NCBI GenBank assembly: GCA_013265495.1
Contig: MU062367.1
Location: 682,001 to 746,000, forward strand
Length of the DNA stretch: 64,000 nucleotides
Direction: 5' to 3'
Source: Vicugna vicugna
Lineage: Eukaryota
The notes beneath the pieces were generated by a model that saw nothing but the letters and a program-made list of their open reading frames with translations, searched no databases and was not told where the DNA came from. Numbering within the stretch: position 1 is the first letter of the stretch; every line of letters begins with the position of its first letter. This document shows positions 48,351-59,345 of this stretch, in pieces. Position numbers and translations under genes: made by a program.

Positions 48351-50031
48351 TACGTGTGCAAGAAAGAGAGAGAACCAGGGTAACAATCCAAATGACAAAG
48401 TATGACAATGGTGTGAAAGGACACAGGAGGCTGAGACCAAGCCAGGCCAGCCTCCAAGCATTTTAAAAGTGGCCATTTAATGCAATTGATGTTCTGATTA
48501 CAAACTGTTTGTTCCTTGTAACAACTCCTCTAACCAGCCATAGCTGCAGGAGAAAAATAAATGAGCCCTACCGCTTGACCTAGTTCAGTCTCTTTGTCTT
48601 CATAGACAATAAAACTGTTCCTAGTGAAACTTAGAATCAAGAATTTAGCTTTTCAGTAGTTCAAACTGATCTCCCCAAAATCGCAGTGTGAATTCATTCT
48701 CTCACATACGAAATAGCATCCCCACTCCAAAGATATCAGAATGGACAACAATACGTCTAAAGCCTAAACTCGTATCTATTTCTTCTGCCATAACCATCCT
48801 GAAATACTCAGATTTGGGTAATCATTAATAAGGAGAGGAATGAGCTGGAGATTTAAGACTTGCTTTGCATCAAAGGACAGTTATGTAGGTTAAATAAGAT
48901 AATGCAAAGCCTGAAAAACACGGTAGATGCTCAGTAGAACTTTGTTTGCTTTTTCAGTGGGCTGGGGTTTCTCTCCCCATCCGCTACCTGGGCCTCACCT
49001 CCTCCCACCGCCGTGACTGAGGCCGAGGTACCCTAGGGGACAAAGTGAGTTCTAGGGGTGATCAGTTCACACCTCCTTCTAGCAGCTCAGCCAAGCAGGC
49101 CAGGAAGATGGGTTGTGTGAGCTTAAGGAAAAGCAGGGATAAACATACTGGTTGCAAAGAAACACAGCTTGGAGAGGGGGTGCTTCCGAGAGGCTGCCCT
49201 AAGGGGACTGATGTGCATGGCACCAAGTGCTTCAACAGGGGCCTTCAGGGGACTAGGAGGGCAGTGAACCCGTCAGTTCCCTGCAGGGGTGGAGAAGCCA
49301 GGGCTGTGGACTCACACAGGCCAGGTTCAAACACAAGCTTCAGCCATCGCCATTCGTGTGGCCTCATGCAGGGCACTGAACCCTCTTAGCCTGCCTTTTC
49401 TTCTGTGCAGAATAACAAGAAGGGTAATTCCCACTCGGGACGCGGTAAGGATGCATGAACCAATGTGTGAAAGCCTGTGCCGTAGAGACCTGTCATAGGA
49501 AATGCTCCGAACATGTTTGTTCCCTTTGGAGAACACCAGGTGCCCCTCCTGGTCCCACCCCCGACCCCCACATACGTACATATGCACCTCACCCCGCACC
49601 CCTGTGGAGGCTCCCACCTGCCAGCCCCCAGCCTCCAGTCTCTGGCCTCCAAACTTCCTGCTCATGCTGTACAATTAGCTATTGAGATCTCAGGATCCTT
49701 GACCATTTCCCGTCTGCTAAGATACCCCTGACTGCAGTCAGCAATAACTTACAGACACGCACACACACGTGTGCTCGCAAACCAGCTTTCCTAGAGGAAG
49801 TGGTTGCCTGTACTCAAAGCCAGGGGCTAGAGACACAAATAAAGAAAATGAAACTGGCATAGCATGTGGGAAAATCTGAGGACAATGAGAGCACACGTCC
49901 TACAGTTTACTAAGAAAACAATAAGGAACAGTCGGCTCACAGGGCTTCTGTTTGTTCAAGAAAACCCCGAGGGCCTGTTCTCTGCTGCTGTCATCTCGTT
50001 CTTAACATAAACTAATAAGCTAACTTATTAT

Positions 50032-50079
50032 TTGATGGGAGCTCTTGTTTGATGGGAGCTCTTACTTGATGGGAGCTCT
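50032..50079. repeat. Tandem repeat, about 3 x 17 bp (ttgatgggagctcttgt / ...ttac / ...ct)
   Basis: Direct reading. Confidence 0.9.
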
Positions 50080-50539
50080 CTAGATGCTGCAGGTTCTGTT
50101 CTTTCCATAACTACAAGTTCCTTAGGAGTCGGGGCTTTAGGATTACTGCTGAACAGAATTGAAGATGCCCTTCCCAGTCTTCTTTCACTGAAACACCACA
50201 CTGGTCCCCTCTGAGATCATGGACCTACAGATTCCCAAAGCTTAGTTTCACAGAACCGATCCTGCCCTCCAGAAGGAATGCTAAGTGCAGCTGGGGATGA
50301 GGGCAAGTAGCCTGTGAACATTTGGAAATGATGGGGTGTGGTCCTCTTGAAATGTCTAACTCTAATTGGAACCTTCTTCTGAGCTCCCGCCCGGCACATC
50401 AAAGGGCCAATTGCGTGTCCTATAAGCCCTACATGGCCAAGCAGGATCACGGGTTTCCATTCCGTCCCCGGTACACTCCCTCTTCACTGCATCCCACCCG
50501 CCACCTCGTGCTCTCCATCTCCGGACCCTGTGCCCCCAT

Positions 50540-51060
50540 CCCCCCTCCTCATGCAGACATCCTCCATCACTCCCAGCCAAGTTTCTGCTGATTGTACTTT
50601 CCAAGTTAGTATCAATTCTATGTCCCCAGCTATTTCCACTGCCACCCCTGCTCTGGCCTCAGTGCCTCCCTGCTTCTGGGGTGTCCTTATTGGCTTCTTA
50701 GTTTTCTCTCTTTACCCCTTCGAACCCATTCTTCACTGGGAAGTCATGACAATCTTTGTGGAAATATGAATTTTATCCTGCTGGGACCTTGTTAAATTTT
50801 TTGGAACCCCCCCCTTACACTCAAAATCAAGTCCCTGATCCTCAATATGCCTCTGTAGCCACTGTGTGGTTTACCCCTTGCCTGTCCAGAGAAGCTTGGC
50901 TCCTGTCAGCCTCCCGACTGGTCACGATGCTCCTGAAACGTGGGCCTCTTTTCAGTTCAAGTGTATGTTTTTTGTCCATGCTCTTTCTCCTCCTTAGAAT
51001 GTTCCTCTACCCACTTCTTAGTCTCTTAATTCTTCCCCATCCTTCAGATGCCTGAGGACT
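50540..51060 (+). mobile_element. L2 LINE fragment
   Basis: Pyrimidine-rich L2 ORF2-end and 3' sequence (ttccactgccacccctgctctggcc...cttcgaacccattcttcact...gaatgttcctctaccc...tccttcagatgcctgagg). Confidence 0.65.
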
Positions 51061-51309
51061 GCCCTCCTACAGCAGCTAAGATAAGGGAGGCAATGAGAGC
51101 GTAAGAAACAGCAGCTGCGCTGAAAATGTCACCAGCCAAAGTCATAAGATCACGTCAGTGCCGGATGACTGCACAGAGGATGCAGTGTGTGTGCGCACAC
51201 ACACACACACCCTCACACACACAATTCTGTTCTTACAAAAAACAAACAAAAAATCTAAAGTATAAGCAGCTTAGAGTGAAACTTTAGGGAAGCCAGGTTT
51301 TTTACATAA

Positions 51310-51640
51310 TTAGGAATGGGTTTCAGAGGTAGCAAGAGAAATAGTAACATTTACTCGAAGAAACACTAGTTTATTTTTCTCACACACAGCCTCAAGAAGT
51401 CAGTCCAGGGTGATGTAGTGGCTCAGTGATGCAGTCAGGGACACGAGCCCATTCTGCCTTTCGGCCCCACAGCATCCAGCACGTTGATCTTTATTTTCAT
51501 GCTCATCACCACCTCACAGACCCAATATGGCTGCTGCACATCCAGACGAAGGTTTGCATTCCAGGCAGGAAGGAGAACTATGCAATTGGAATATTCCCGG
51601 TTACAGCTTCTCTAGATGAGACAGGTGAAGAGGAAAGGGC
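51310..51640 (-). mobile_element. MLT1J/K-like MaLR LTR fragment
   Basis: gtttatttttctcacacacag...cagtccagggtgatgtagtggctcagtgatgcagtcagggac...aatatggctgctgcacatccagac...ttccaggcaggaagg. Confidence 0.7.
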
Positions 51641-52034
51641 TTAGAAATAGAGGCTGGGCCAGCATGTGAACGTGCTAGGGGTGATAAGCAGAAATTAATA
51701 ACACTGTAATTAAGTGGTAATCAATGTAATTAAATAGTGCTCTACATAAAGAAATAACTTATTTCCACACTTTAAATGTCATGGGTGTTGTCTTTTAGTT
51801 AGAGTTCTTTCTTTATTATATTTATCAGGATTTCTACCATTTGTTTCTCCATAGGTACCCCAATTCTATTTTATTTTCTCCATAGGTTAAGATTTCTTAG
51901 TGTGTGTGTATCATTATAATTTTTAAACAATAGGACTCTTCCAGAACCCAAGTCCTGTGTTTGATAGCAGAGTAAACCTGATCAAATATGTAGTAACACT
52001 ATTATGAGCATGAGAATGGTTTTCCCTGCAGCTG

Positions 52035-52092
52035 CCTTTCCGTTTTGAGTCTAAGATTCCTCCCCTTTCCGTTTCGAGTCTAAGATTCCTCC
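52035..52092. repeat. Tandem duplication, 2 x 29 bp (one mismatch)
   Basis: cctttccgttttgagtctaagattcctcc / cctttccgtttcgagtctaagattcctcc. Confidence 0.95.
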
Positions 52093-55000
52093 AGCTAAAA
52101 ACTATCTCCAATACAGATCCCCGGGAACTAGGCAAAGAGCTAATGCCTCTAAGAGACACCAGGGGGCAGTGCAGCATAAGAAGTTCTTGTGATCTGATCA
52201 GATTAAATCTGTAACTTGATTTCACCAAATTGAATCAACAAATGTAATTTTTAAATGTGTGCCTTACCCAAATCCTTGTGCCACCAGTTCACCCTCGTTT
52301 CAACCTCATTTCCAGAAATAAGCCACACACGATGCCCTTGCAGTGACACACATTTCATCTGGCTTCTTAGTATTCAAATTCTTTTCAGATCTGGGAAACT
52401 GTTTACTGAAAACACAACTGTGTTGTCTCATGCAACATCACCCAAGGCATTTTTAGTCTATTTTGGGAAATGATGAGATCACACTCTGATATCTGTTTCC
52501 ACAATTCTGGGTCATATGGGATTTCCAATGACTAAATGTTTGTGGGACAGAATGGCTTAGGCAAACTACCTACTTTTTAGGGTGAGGTTCTAAGGGTTAG
52601 AGCTGTATTTTTTTTCTTCTCTAGGAATTTTGAGTCTAAAGATAAGACAGGGACACATCAGCAGCAAAGTACATATTTTTTAGAAACATACATAATGACA
52701 CTTTTCAAACATGTGTTCTTTTTTCTGAATCAACTGAGATTTTGACACATGAAGAGATGCTGAATCAGTAGGCAATGAGGGCAAAGGCAAAGCTAGATTA
52801 TACTTTCACCGGGAATGATACATTTTAACCGAATGGAAAATCCAATGGAATAGAACCAACTGCACGGAGTTCTGGGCTGGGAAGGATTTTGAGGCCATGT
52901 CTGGACTTGTTGAGAAAGGAGGCACTGGTTGCATGATGATGTCTGCTGAAAGCTGAGGTCTGGCAATATATTTGTCATGCGTTTACACATTTCCTAACTC
53001 TGTCTTACTCTGGTTTGAGACCATCTCCAGTCATTCTATTTTTGAGCATCTATTTCATATTAAGCACTGTGTTGGTTGCTATAGAGGATACAAATTTGGG
53101 GATGGGGGTGGAAATGGGATGGTCCCTCCTCTCCCAGAGATGATAATACAGTAAGGAAGAATTAAAATCTATGTGATTTGAAGCAGAATCACTAAAGTTT
53201 CCTAAAGAACCAAAATCAGAGCATTCTGAGGATTAACAAGAATGAAGATCACTCTAGTCAAAAATTAGAGCATATGTCCCAGAGGTGAAATTTTCTTCTG
53301 GGTCATGAGGAATAACTAAGATTTGCACAGGGAGACTAGATGTCGAAGGAATTCCATAAAGACAGAGTGATGTGAACACAAATGAGAATTAGCCTGGTTC
53401 GGTCAGGAAACAGCTCCATGTGAGGGTGGGTGGTACAAAATAGTGTAAGAGGAACCTTGCCTCTGGAAGAGGCACAATTTCTATATTCCCCACCTATTTC
53501 ATTATTAAACAGAATCACCTGGTGATAGCCTTTATGGCTTAGAATGCTTGAATTCAAATGTTGTGGCATTCATTTGACCTCTTTGTGCCAAGTCTGGTCG
53601 AGGACCACTGAGGAACTCGGCAAACTTTCTGCAGAACTTTAGCCCGAGTCTCAACGTGTTGCCCAGCAAATGAAGACAATCAGCCTTCTAGCACCAGTTT
53701 ATGAGAAGAGTTGAATATCTCAGTGCTGGGGACTCAGTGGGTTCTCAAAAACAATTAACTGAATGCTGACACCTATGGTACTAGAGTGGTGCTCCACAGC
53801 TTCAGTTTTCGGCAGCTCTGATTGGACACATTCGTCTCTGTCGTTACATTTGCTTAGTCTCCTTTTGCCTTTGTGTCCTAAGGTTTAGAATTGTCTCTGA
53901 CTCATTGTGTCTTAAGAGCTGCTGCTGGAAAACGGTGACGATTATAAACGAATTGTTTCCGTGAAGGCTGCCTGCCAGACAAGGTGCTTCTGTAAGCCCG
54001 GGTCAGCTGACCCTCTCACTCAGGTGTTCAAAACAAAGCGTGACATCGAAAGCATCCACAGAGGGTCCAAGCTGAATGGTAAAATACACAAGTGAGTCTC
54101 CTATCCCACAGTCATTAACACTTGTTATTCCCCAAAGCAGAGTTTCATATTCTTTGAATGTAACAAAAGTATAATGATTGCTCACAAATCTTCTAAATGA
54201 GTCTTAAAAACAGCGCTTACCACCGGCAGAGGCACACTCTGCCGAATCTTTGATACTCCAGGTTCTTCTCCTGCTGGGCCTGGCCTTGCAGTGGGGCTGC
54301 TGGGGCTGTGGCTTTGACCAAGCCTGGAGCCGAGTCATGAATCCTTCACCCACTCCGACTCCCAGCCTGAAGGCATCCTCACTTCTAACCTAATTTGACA
54401 GATTCCCAATACATCAAGTTGTTGGACCAATAGAACTTTTTGATTGGAAATGGATAAAAGAGAATATAAATGATCAAATGAAGTTGGCGGCCAACGGGAA
54501 AACAAATTCAAATCTTGCAGATGAATAAGTGGCCTTCCATCTGCTTTAGGAACAGATTTGGGTGGAAATCCTACACTTGAAAAACAGTGGTTATCAACCA
54601 TCCCCACCCTTTTCCTCTGTCTCCTGGGGGATGAGAAGTCACAATGATGGGAGTGCTGGGAGGCTTCCCTGTTTCAGAAGCTCTGTGTGTGTGCTCAGGG
54701 TAACGTTTAACTGGCTTGTGGTTGGAAGAGGTGGGAAGAGAAAGGAATTAGCTTTCTCTGAGCATTTCTTAGCGGAAGTTACCGCCCTAGCCATGTGAGG
54801 TTGGCATTATAACCAGACTGGGGGTGGGGGCGGGGACAACCACGAGAACTTCTGGGGGCTTATTCTAGGCAGCAGGGGAGGGGGACTGGTGGAAGAGGGA
54901 GAGACATATTTATTGCTCTTTTCTTACAGGGACTAGTCCTGAGCACTGGATTATATTAAAGAGAAAAAAATGTCATTTCAAAGCTTCTGTCAGTCCTTTG

Positions 55001-56329
55001 TGCTTATGGGAGCAGGACCCAGAGTTAACGCCTTTTGTTTGGCAGAGTGAGTTCATAAGCTGTAAAAATGTCTAGACCTAGTGTGATGGAAGGAGTAAGA
55101 AATGGACGGCTCTGTACTTTTACAGGAATTTCAAGTTCAAGAGGGGAGAAGGAGAAATCCAAGAAGACAGAGGCAAATCCCTGTCTGAAGAAGACACAGC
55201 CAGTGAGAAACCCTCCATACAAGGAGATCGGCTGATGTTGCTGTTGGTGTTGAATTTTTAATTTAAGTAGTTGCTTCTTCTGTGTCATCATCTTAATCCT
55301 CCCAGTAAAAAAGTCTGCTCTATACAGTGGACTGGTGTGGGTAGAAATTTGGAAGAATGAAGAAATTGGATGTGGGAAATGAAGTTGGGGGAGCAGAAAC
55401 AGAATGAAGGACAGCCAGGGTAGGAAGCCAGGTCCAGCGAGGTGGTCAGGGAGGGAGTCAGGGAAAGTGGAGGATGAGAGTGAGCTGTGAGCACGGCAGG
55501 TAAAGACGGAGGCCCACGGACTCCAAGACGCAGGGACACACAGGGAAGGGAGCACTGGGGGAAGCGGAGGGGATGCCGGCTTCCAGCTGAGCGTGGAAGC
55601 GCACACCGAAGGTGAAGGCGCAGTGGGAGGCAGAAGCTGGTGCCCGCGGGAATAGGCGGGCGGGTGATGGATGGTTCAATGACTACCTTCCTTTCACTGA
55701 AGTGGAAGAATGTTGACAACCCACCTGATGTCACAGAACTGGAAAGGGACATTAATCTCAAGCTCAAAAACTCAAAAACCTGACTTCTTCTACATCCCAC
55801 TCATTCTCCAGGAAATAATAGTGAATACGTACTGAGCCCTCCCTGTACGCCCAGCCCCGCGCGACGCTGAGTCAGGGACTATTAGTCTCCTCATTTTACA
55901 GCCGAGAAAACTCCAGTGCAGAGAGACGACAAAACTCGCTAAAGATCACAGAGGAAACCAAAGACAGAGGCGGGATTTACTGACAGTTTTTTTTAACCCC
56001 AAAGTCCCAGTTCTTAACCACTAGCTATAAAGCTTAGTCTGGAGTGATGTGAACTGAGTTGATAACACAGCTGTTTCCCTATGGGTTAGCTGCTACTGTT
56101 ACTCATGTTAACAAATTAATTTATTGGGTTCGGGGTGTAAGAAGGAGGAGGTTTTTTTTTTTTTTAAAGCTATCCCCTATATAATCAGGAAGCAAATTGA
56201 AAAGGGTAAGTTACACTATTCATCTTGACAAGATATTCAGGACTGAATGGTGCCAAGCGTAAGGGAAAGCTAACTCTTTTCAAATGAATCCCAGAATTCT
56301 GAAGAAGAAAAAGATGACTCACACACCAA

Positions 56330-58468
56330 AAAATCCTTTAAAAGCATCCTTTTATTTGCTATAAGAACATAATCTGCTACGTCTATACAACCCATCATGC
56401 AAAAAACATGGATGGCATTTTACAAGCAATGCAGAATCTCAATGTCTGTACATTTGCTCAATTAAAAGATTAGCAAAAGCTGGAAAGCAACATCTTGGGA
56501 TAAAAGAATGCAGAAAGGGTCAACTGTCTTCCCTAGGATCATGGCTTCCAACGCCAAGAAGCATAGTGAAGAGAGCACAGCCACACTGAGGTCTCAGTAC
56601 CTAACGCTGTCCACTGCCCCATGGACAGTCCTGCTGTGTGGCCAGACGGCTGTGTGGCAGCAAGCGCTAAGGCACCTGTATGCAAACGGGCAGGAATTGC
56701 GTGTTGTGTTAACGTAATTCAGGTGGGTTAGACTCTACCAGCCTGCAGAAGGGTCCTCTTGCTCAGACACCAAGCAGCGAGCTAAGAATTCCAATTGCAT
56801 CCTTAACAAAAAGTCACAGTGATTTTTCCTCTCTGTATGGTAATTAAATTTCCCCGAAATGCCATCGTAAAGCACTTTATAAATAAATTGCTCAGTAACA
56901 TGATGGGCACTAAACTCTGGTGCTGACTCAACTTGCATAACTGTGGTTTATTGGAAATGAACTGTGGAGAACAAGAGGCGAGGACGCTAAGCCCTTGACA
57001 ATCAGATCCCAAGGACTGTGGCTCAGGGCTCAGCTCCTTCTTTGCGGGGGCGTCCTGGAGCGTTTTCCCTGGACGTGGAAAGTTCACGGCTACCTCTGCT
57101 GCGCACCTGTTACTCTCCAGGCTACGCAACAGCAATCAGAACTATGTTATCCTTAATCTTCATCACAAAAGGTAGTATGAAGCCCTTTTCTAGTTAAGCA
57201 AACTGAGGCTTTTTAAAGGTTATGCCATTAGACTGAGGACCTGCATTTCGTTATAGACAGGACAGGATCGGAGATCAGACCGGCCTGTCAACAAACCTGA
57301 AGTTTTCCACTGTACCAGACCACTTCTGAAGGGATCAAACACTATTTCTGACCTTGAAATTTTCCTTAGCATTTCTGTGAATTTAGTCCCAAAGTGAAAA
57401 CCCTAGGGAGAGATACAAAAATGCTCAAAAATGTCACCACAAAGAGAGGGAAGTTACAGATCTGCATCTGGCCAACAGCCAAGAGAGCAACTGGGTTCTC
57501 AAAGGGACTCCGATATGTGGTCTGTTGGGAAGATGATCTGAAATTTAACTTAAAGTCACCTCTACTCTTATGGAGAAAACTCTGCAAATAAGGAATTCAA
57601 ATTAGGTTCAGCATTTTATACTCTCTTACTCCAGGACCTCAAGACTAGATGGACATCTCCTGGGGTGAATCTGAAACTGGAAGTCTCTGAGGCATGGGCA
57701 TCTATTGACTTCCGGCATTGTCTACTGTGAGCCACGATGAAGGGACGCAGGAAAATAGACCCAAAATGCATCTCCTGCAAACTCTCATGTCCCTAAAGTT
57801 ACAATGAGGCCACTGGGCACGAGGCATGCAATGAGAATCAAAATAAAGACCAGGATCTTTATTTTTAACTTGGTGCTTGTGAAGCCTAAGTTCAGAAACA
57901 CCAATGAACCCAGTTCGTCAGACCTCTTTTCCCTCGAAGATCATTCCATTCAGAAGCACAACTTTCATTTGCAATGCATTTACTTTGAAAGTTACATGTT
58001 TGCTTGAATTTTAAATATTTGTATTGAAAATCGGAAAAGATGTTTTTACAAGTGCATTTTGTAAAAACAGTGATTATGATAAAACCAATAGCCTCACTGA
58101 GGCAAGTCCATTTCCAGGCATGAAAAAAAGTGTCAACGGGAGGAATTTCATTTTTGTCTGAACAGGTCGCCTCACTTTAATTTTGGTCCAACTTAGACTT
58201 TGAAAGATCTTTACCCATGAAAATCACATGAGACAACCCTCTTACTGGTGTGCTGCTAGAGTGTGTATTGACCCCCAGATCCTACGGCTGAGGGGTCTGT
58301 AACAGAACAACAATGGGGAAACTCACAGGCAGCCGTCACCGTGTCTTGGTGAAGTCAATCATGAGAGCATCAGCCCGGAAGGCCTCCAAGCCTCTTGGAG
58401 GCATATCCTGCTGTGGCTGCCAAGAGGCAGATGGGTGGGCCTCTCCTCCACTCCCTCTTCTCCTTGAC
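56330..58468 (-). other. PDE1C: PDE1C 3'UTR (about 2.1 kb), including a MIR fragment at about 57130-57290
   Basis: Sequence between the stop codon and the best-supported poly(A) signal. The distal end is inferred. Confidence 0.6.
56351..56356 (-). terminator. PDE1C: Probable distal PDE1C poly(A) signal
   Basis: - strand AATAAAaggatgcttttaaaggattttttggtgtgtg, with a U/GU-rich downstream element. Confidence 0.55.
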
Positions 58469-58638
58469 CTATTTTCTGTTCCAGTTATGTGAGATGTTCT
58501 GAATTTTTTTCATTTTGATCCTCTGATCCAACATCTTGTACCTCGCGGGATGCTCATCAGTTTTCTTTGGGACCGAAGGTGCATAGGAGCTAGATGCATA
58601 AGCAGGGCGTTTAAAATGACGCAGAGGAGGCTTGATGA
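58469..58638 (-). CDS. PDE1C: PDE1C last coding exon (Ca2+/calmodulin-dependent cyclic nucleotide phosphodiesterase 1C, long-C-terminus isoforms)
   Basis: Acceptor ctgtcttcctttgcatgggcctccag|TC (phase 1), encoding (V)IKPPLRHFKRPAYASSSYAPSVPKKTDEHPARYKMLDQRIKMKKIQNISHNWNRK, TAG at 58471-58469; recognised as the PDE1C C-terminus. The upstream exon (...RLTLP) was not found and presumably lies beyond 64000. Confidence 0.95.
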
Positions 58639-59064
58639 CTGGAGGCCCATGCAAAGGAAGACAGACAACCGTTAGCCTCACCAACGACACACTGCGCCTA
58701 AATCCTGGGGGCAACTTCCTTGTCGCTAGACCTCTTGGTTTTCTTTAAAGCCAGGAAACAAACAGGGTTGAACACTTCTCCACTAGAACTAGAAATCTTA
58801 TTTCAAATAGACGAATAAGCACATTATCACCTTGGTCGTTCACTTAAAATAAAGGCAAATTCCTAGGGGAAAAAATTCCTAGAGCTAGACAGTGATGACC
58901 CTAGAAGATAAAATTCCTTTGACAATGAGTGGATGTGAGGGAGCAGCAGCGTCACTTCGGAAAAAAAATAGCAAAGCAAACACAGGTGAGTAGAGCCATA
59001 TCATTAATCAGGATTTAGCCCCGTGTGTGAGCTTTGAGGGGCTGCAAAGTGACACACAATTCTG

Positions 59065-59345
59065 GAGTGCTAATAAGAAATACCTGGCTGAGAAAATATT
59101 TGCAAAACACCTGTAGAAAGGTCTTGTATCCAAAATACAGTAAGAACTCTTAAAACTTCAACAAAGGGAAACAAACAACTCAATTTAAGTATAAGCAAAA
59201 CTCTGAACAGACTCCTTGCCAAAGAAGACATAAATATGGCCAAAAAGCATAGGGAAAGATGCTCAACAATTCTGGTAATTCGGGAATTGCAAATTAAAGC
59301 AACAGTGATATACACTACATACCTATTAGGATATAATCCTGTGAA
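59065..59345 (+). mobile_element. Old L1 3' fragment in the last PDE1C intron
   Basis: ggctgagaaaatatttgcaaaac...aaggtcttgtatccaaaatacagtaagaactcttaaaacttcaac...ccaaagaagacataaatatggcc...gggaattgcaaattaaagcaacag. Confidence 0.8.

Noticed and set aside
55025-55800. Overlapping - strand ORFs of 193 and 170 aa
   Set aside because: They overlap L2/MIR-derived purine-rich sequence; low-complexity translation with no homology recognised.
58639-58714. N-terminal part (MPPGFRRSVSLVRLTVVCLPLHGPP) of the 81-aa ORF
   Set aside because: Intronic read-through upstream of the splice acceptor; only 58638-58469 matches PDE1C.
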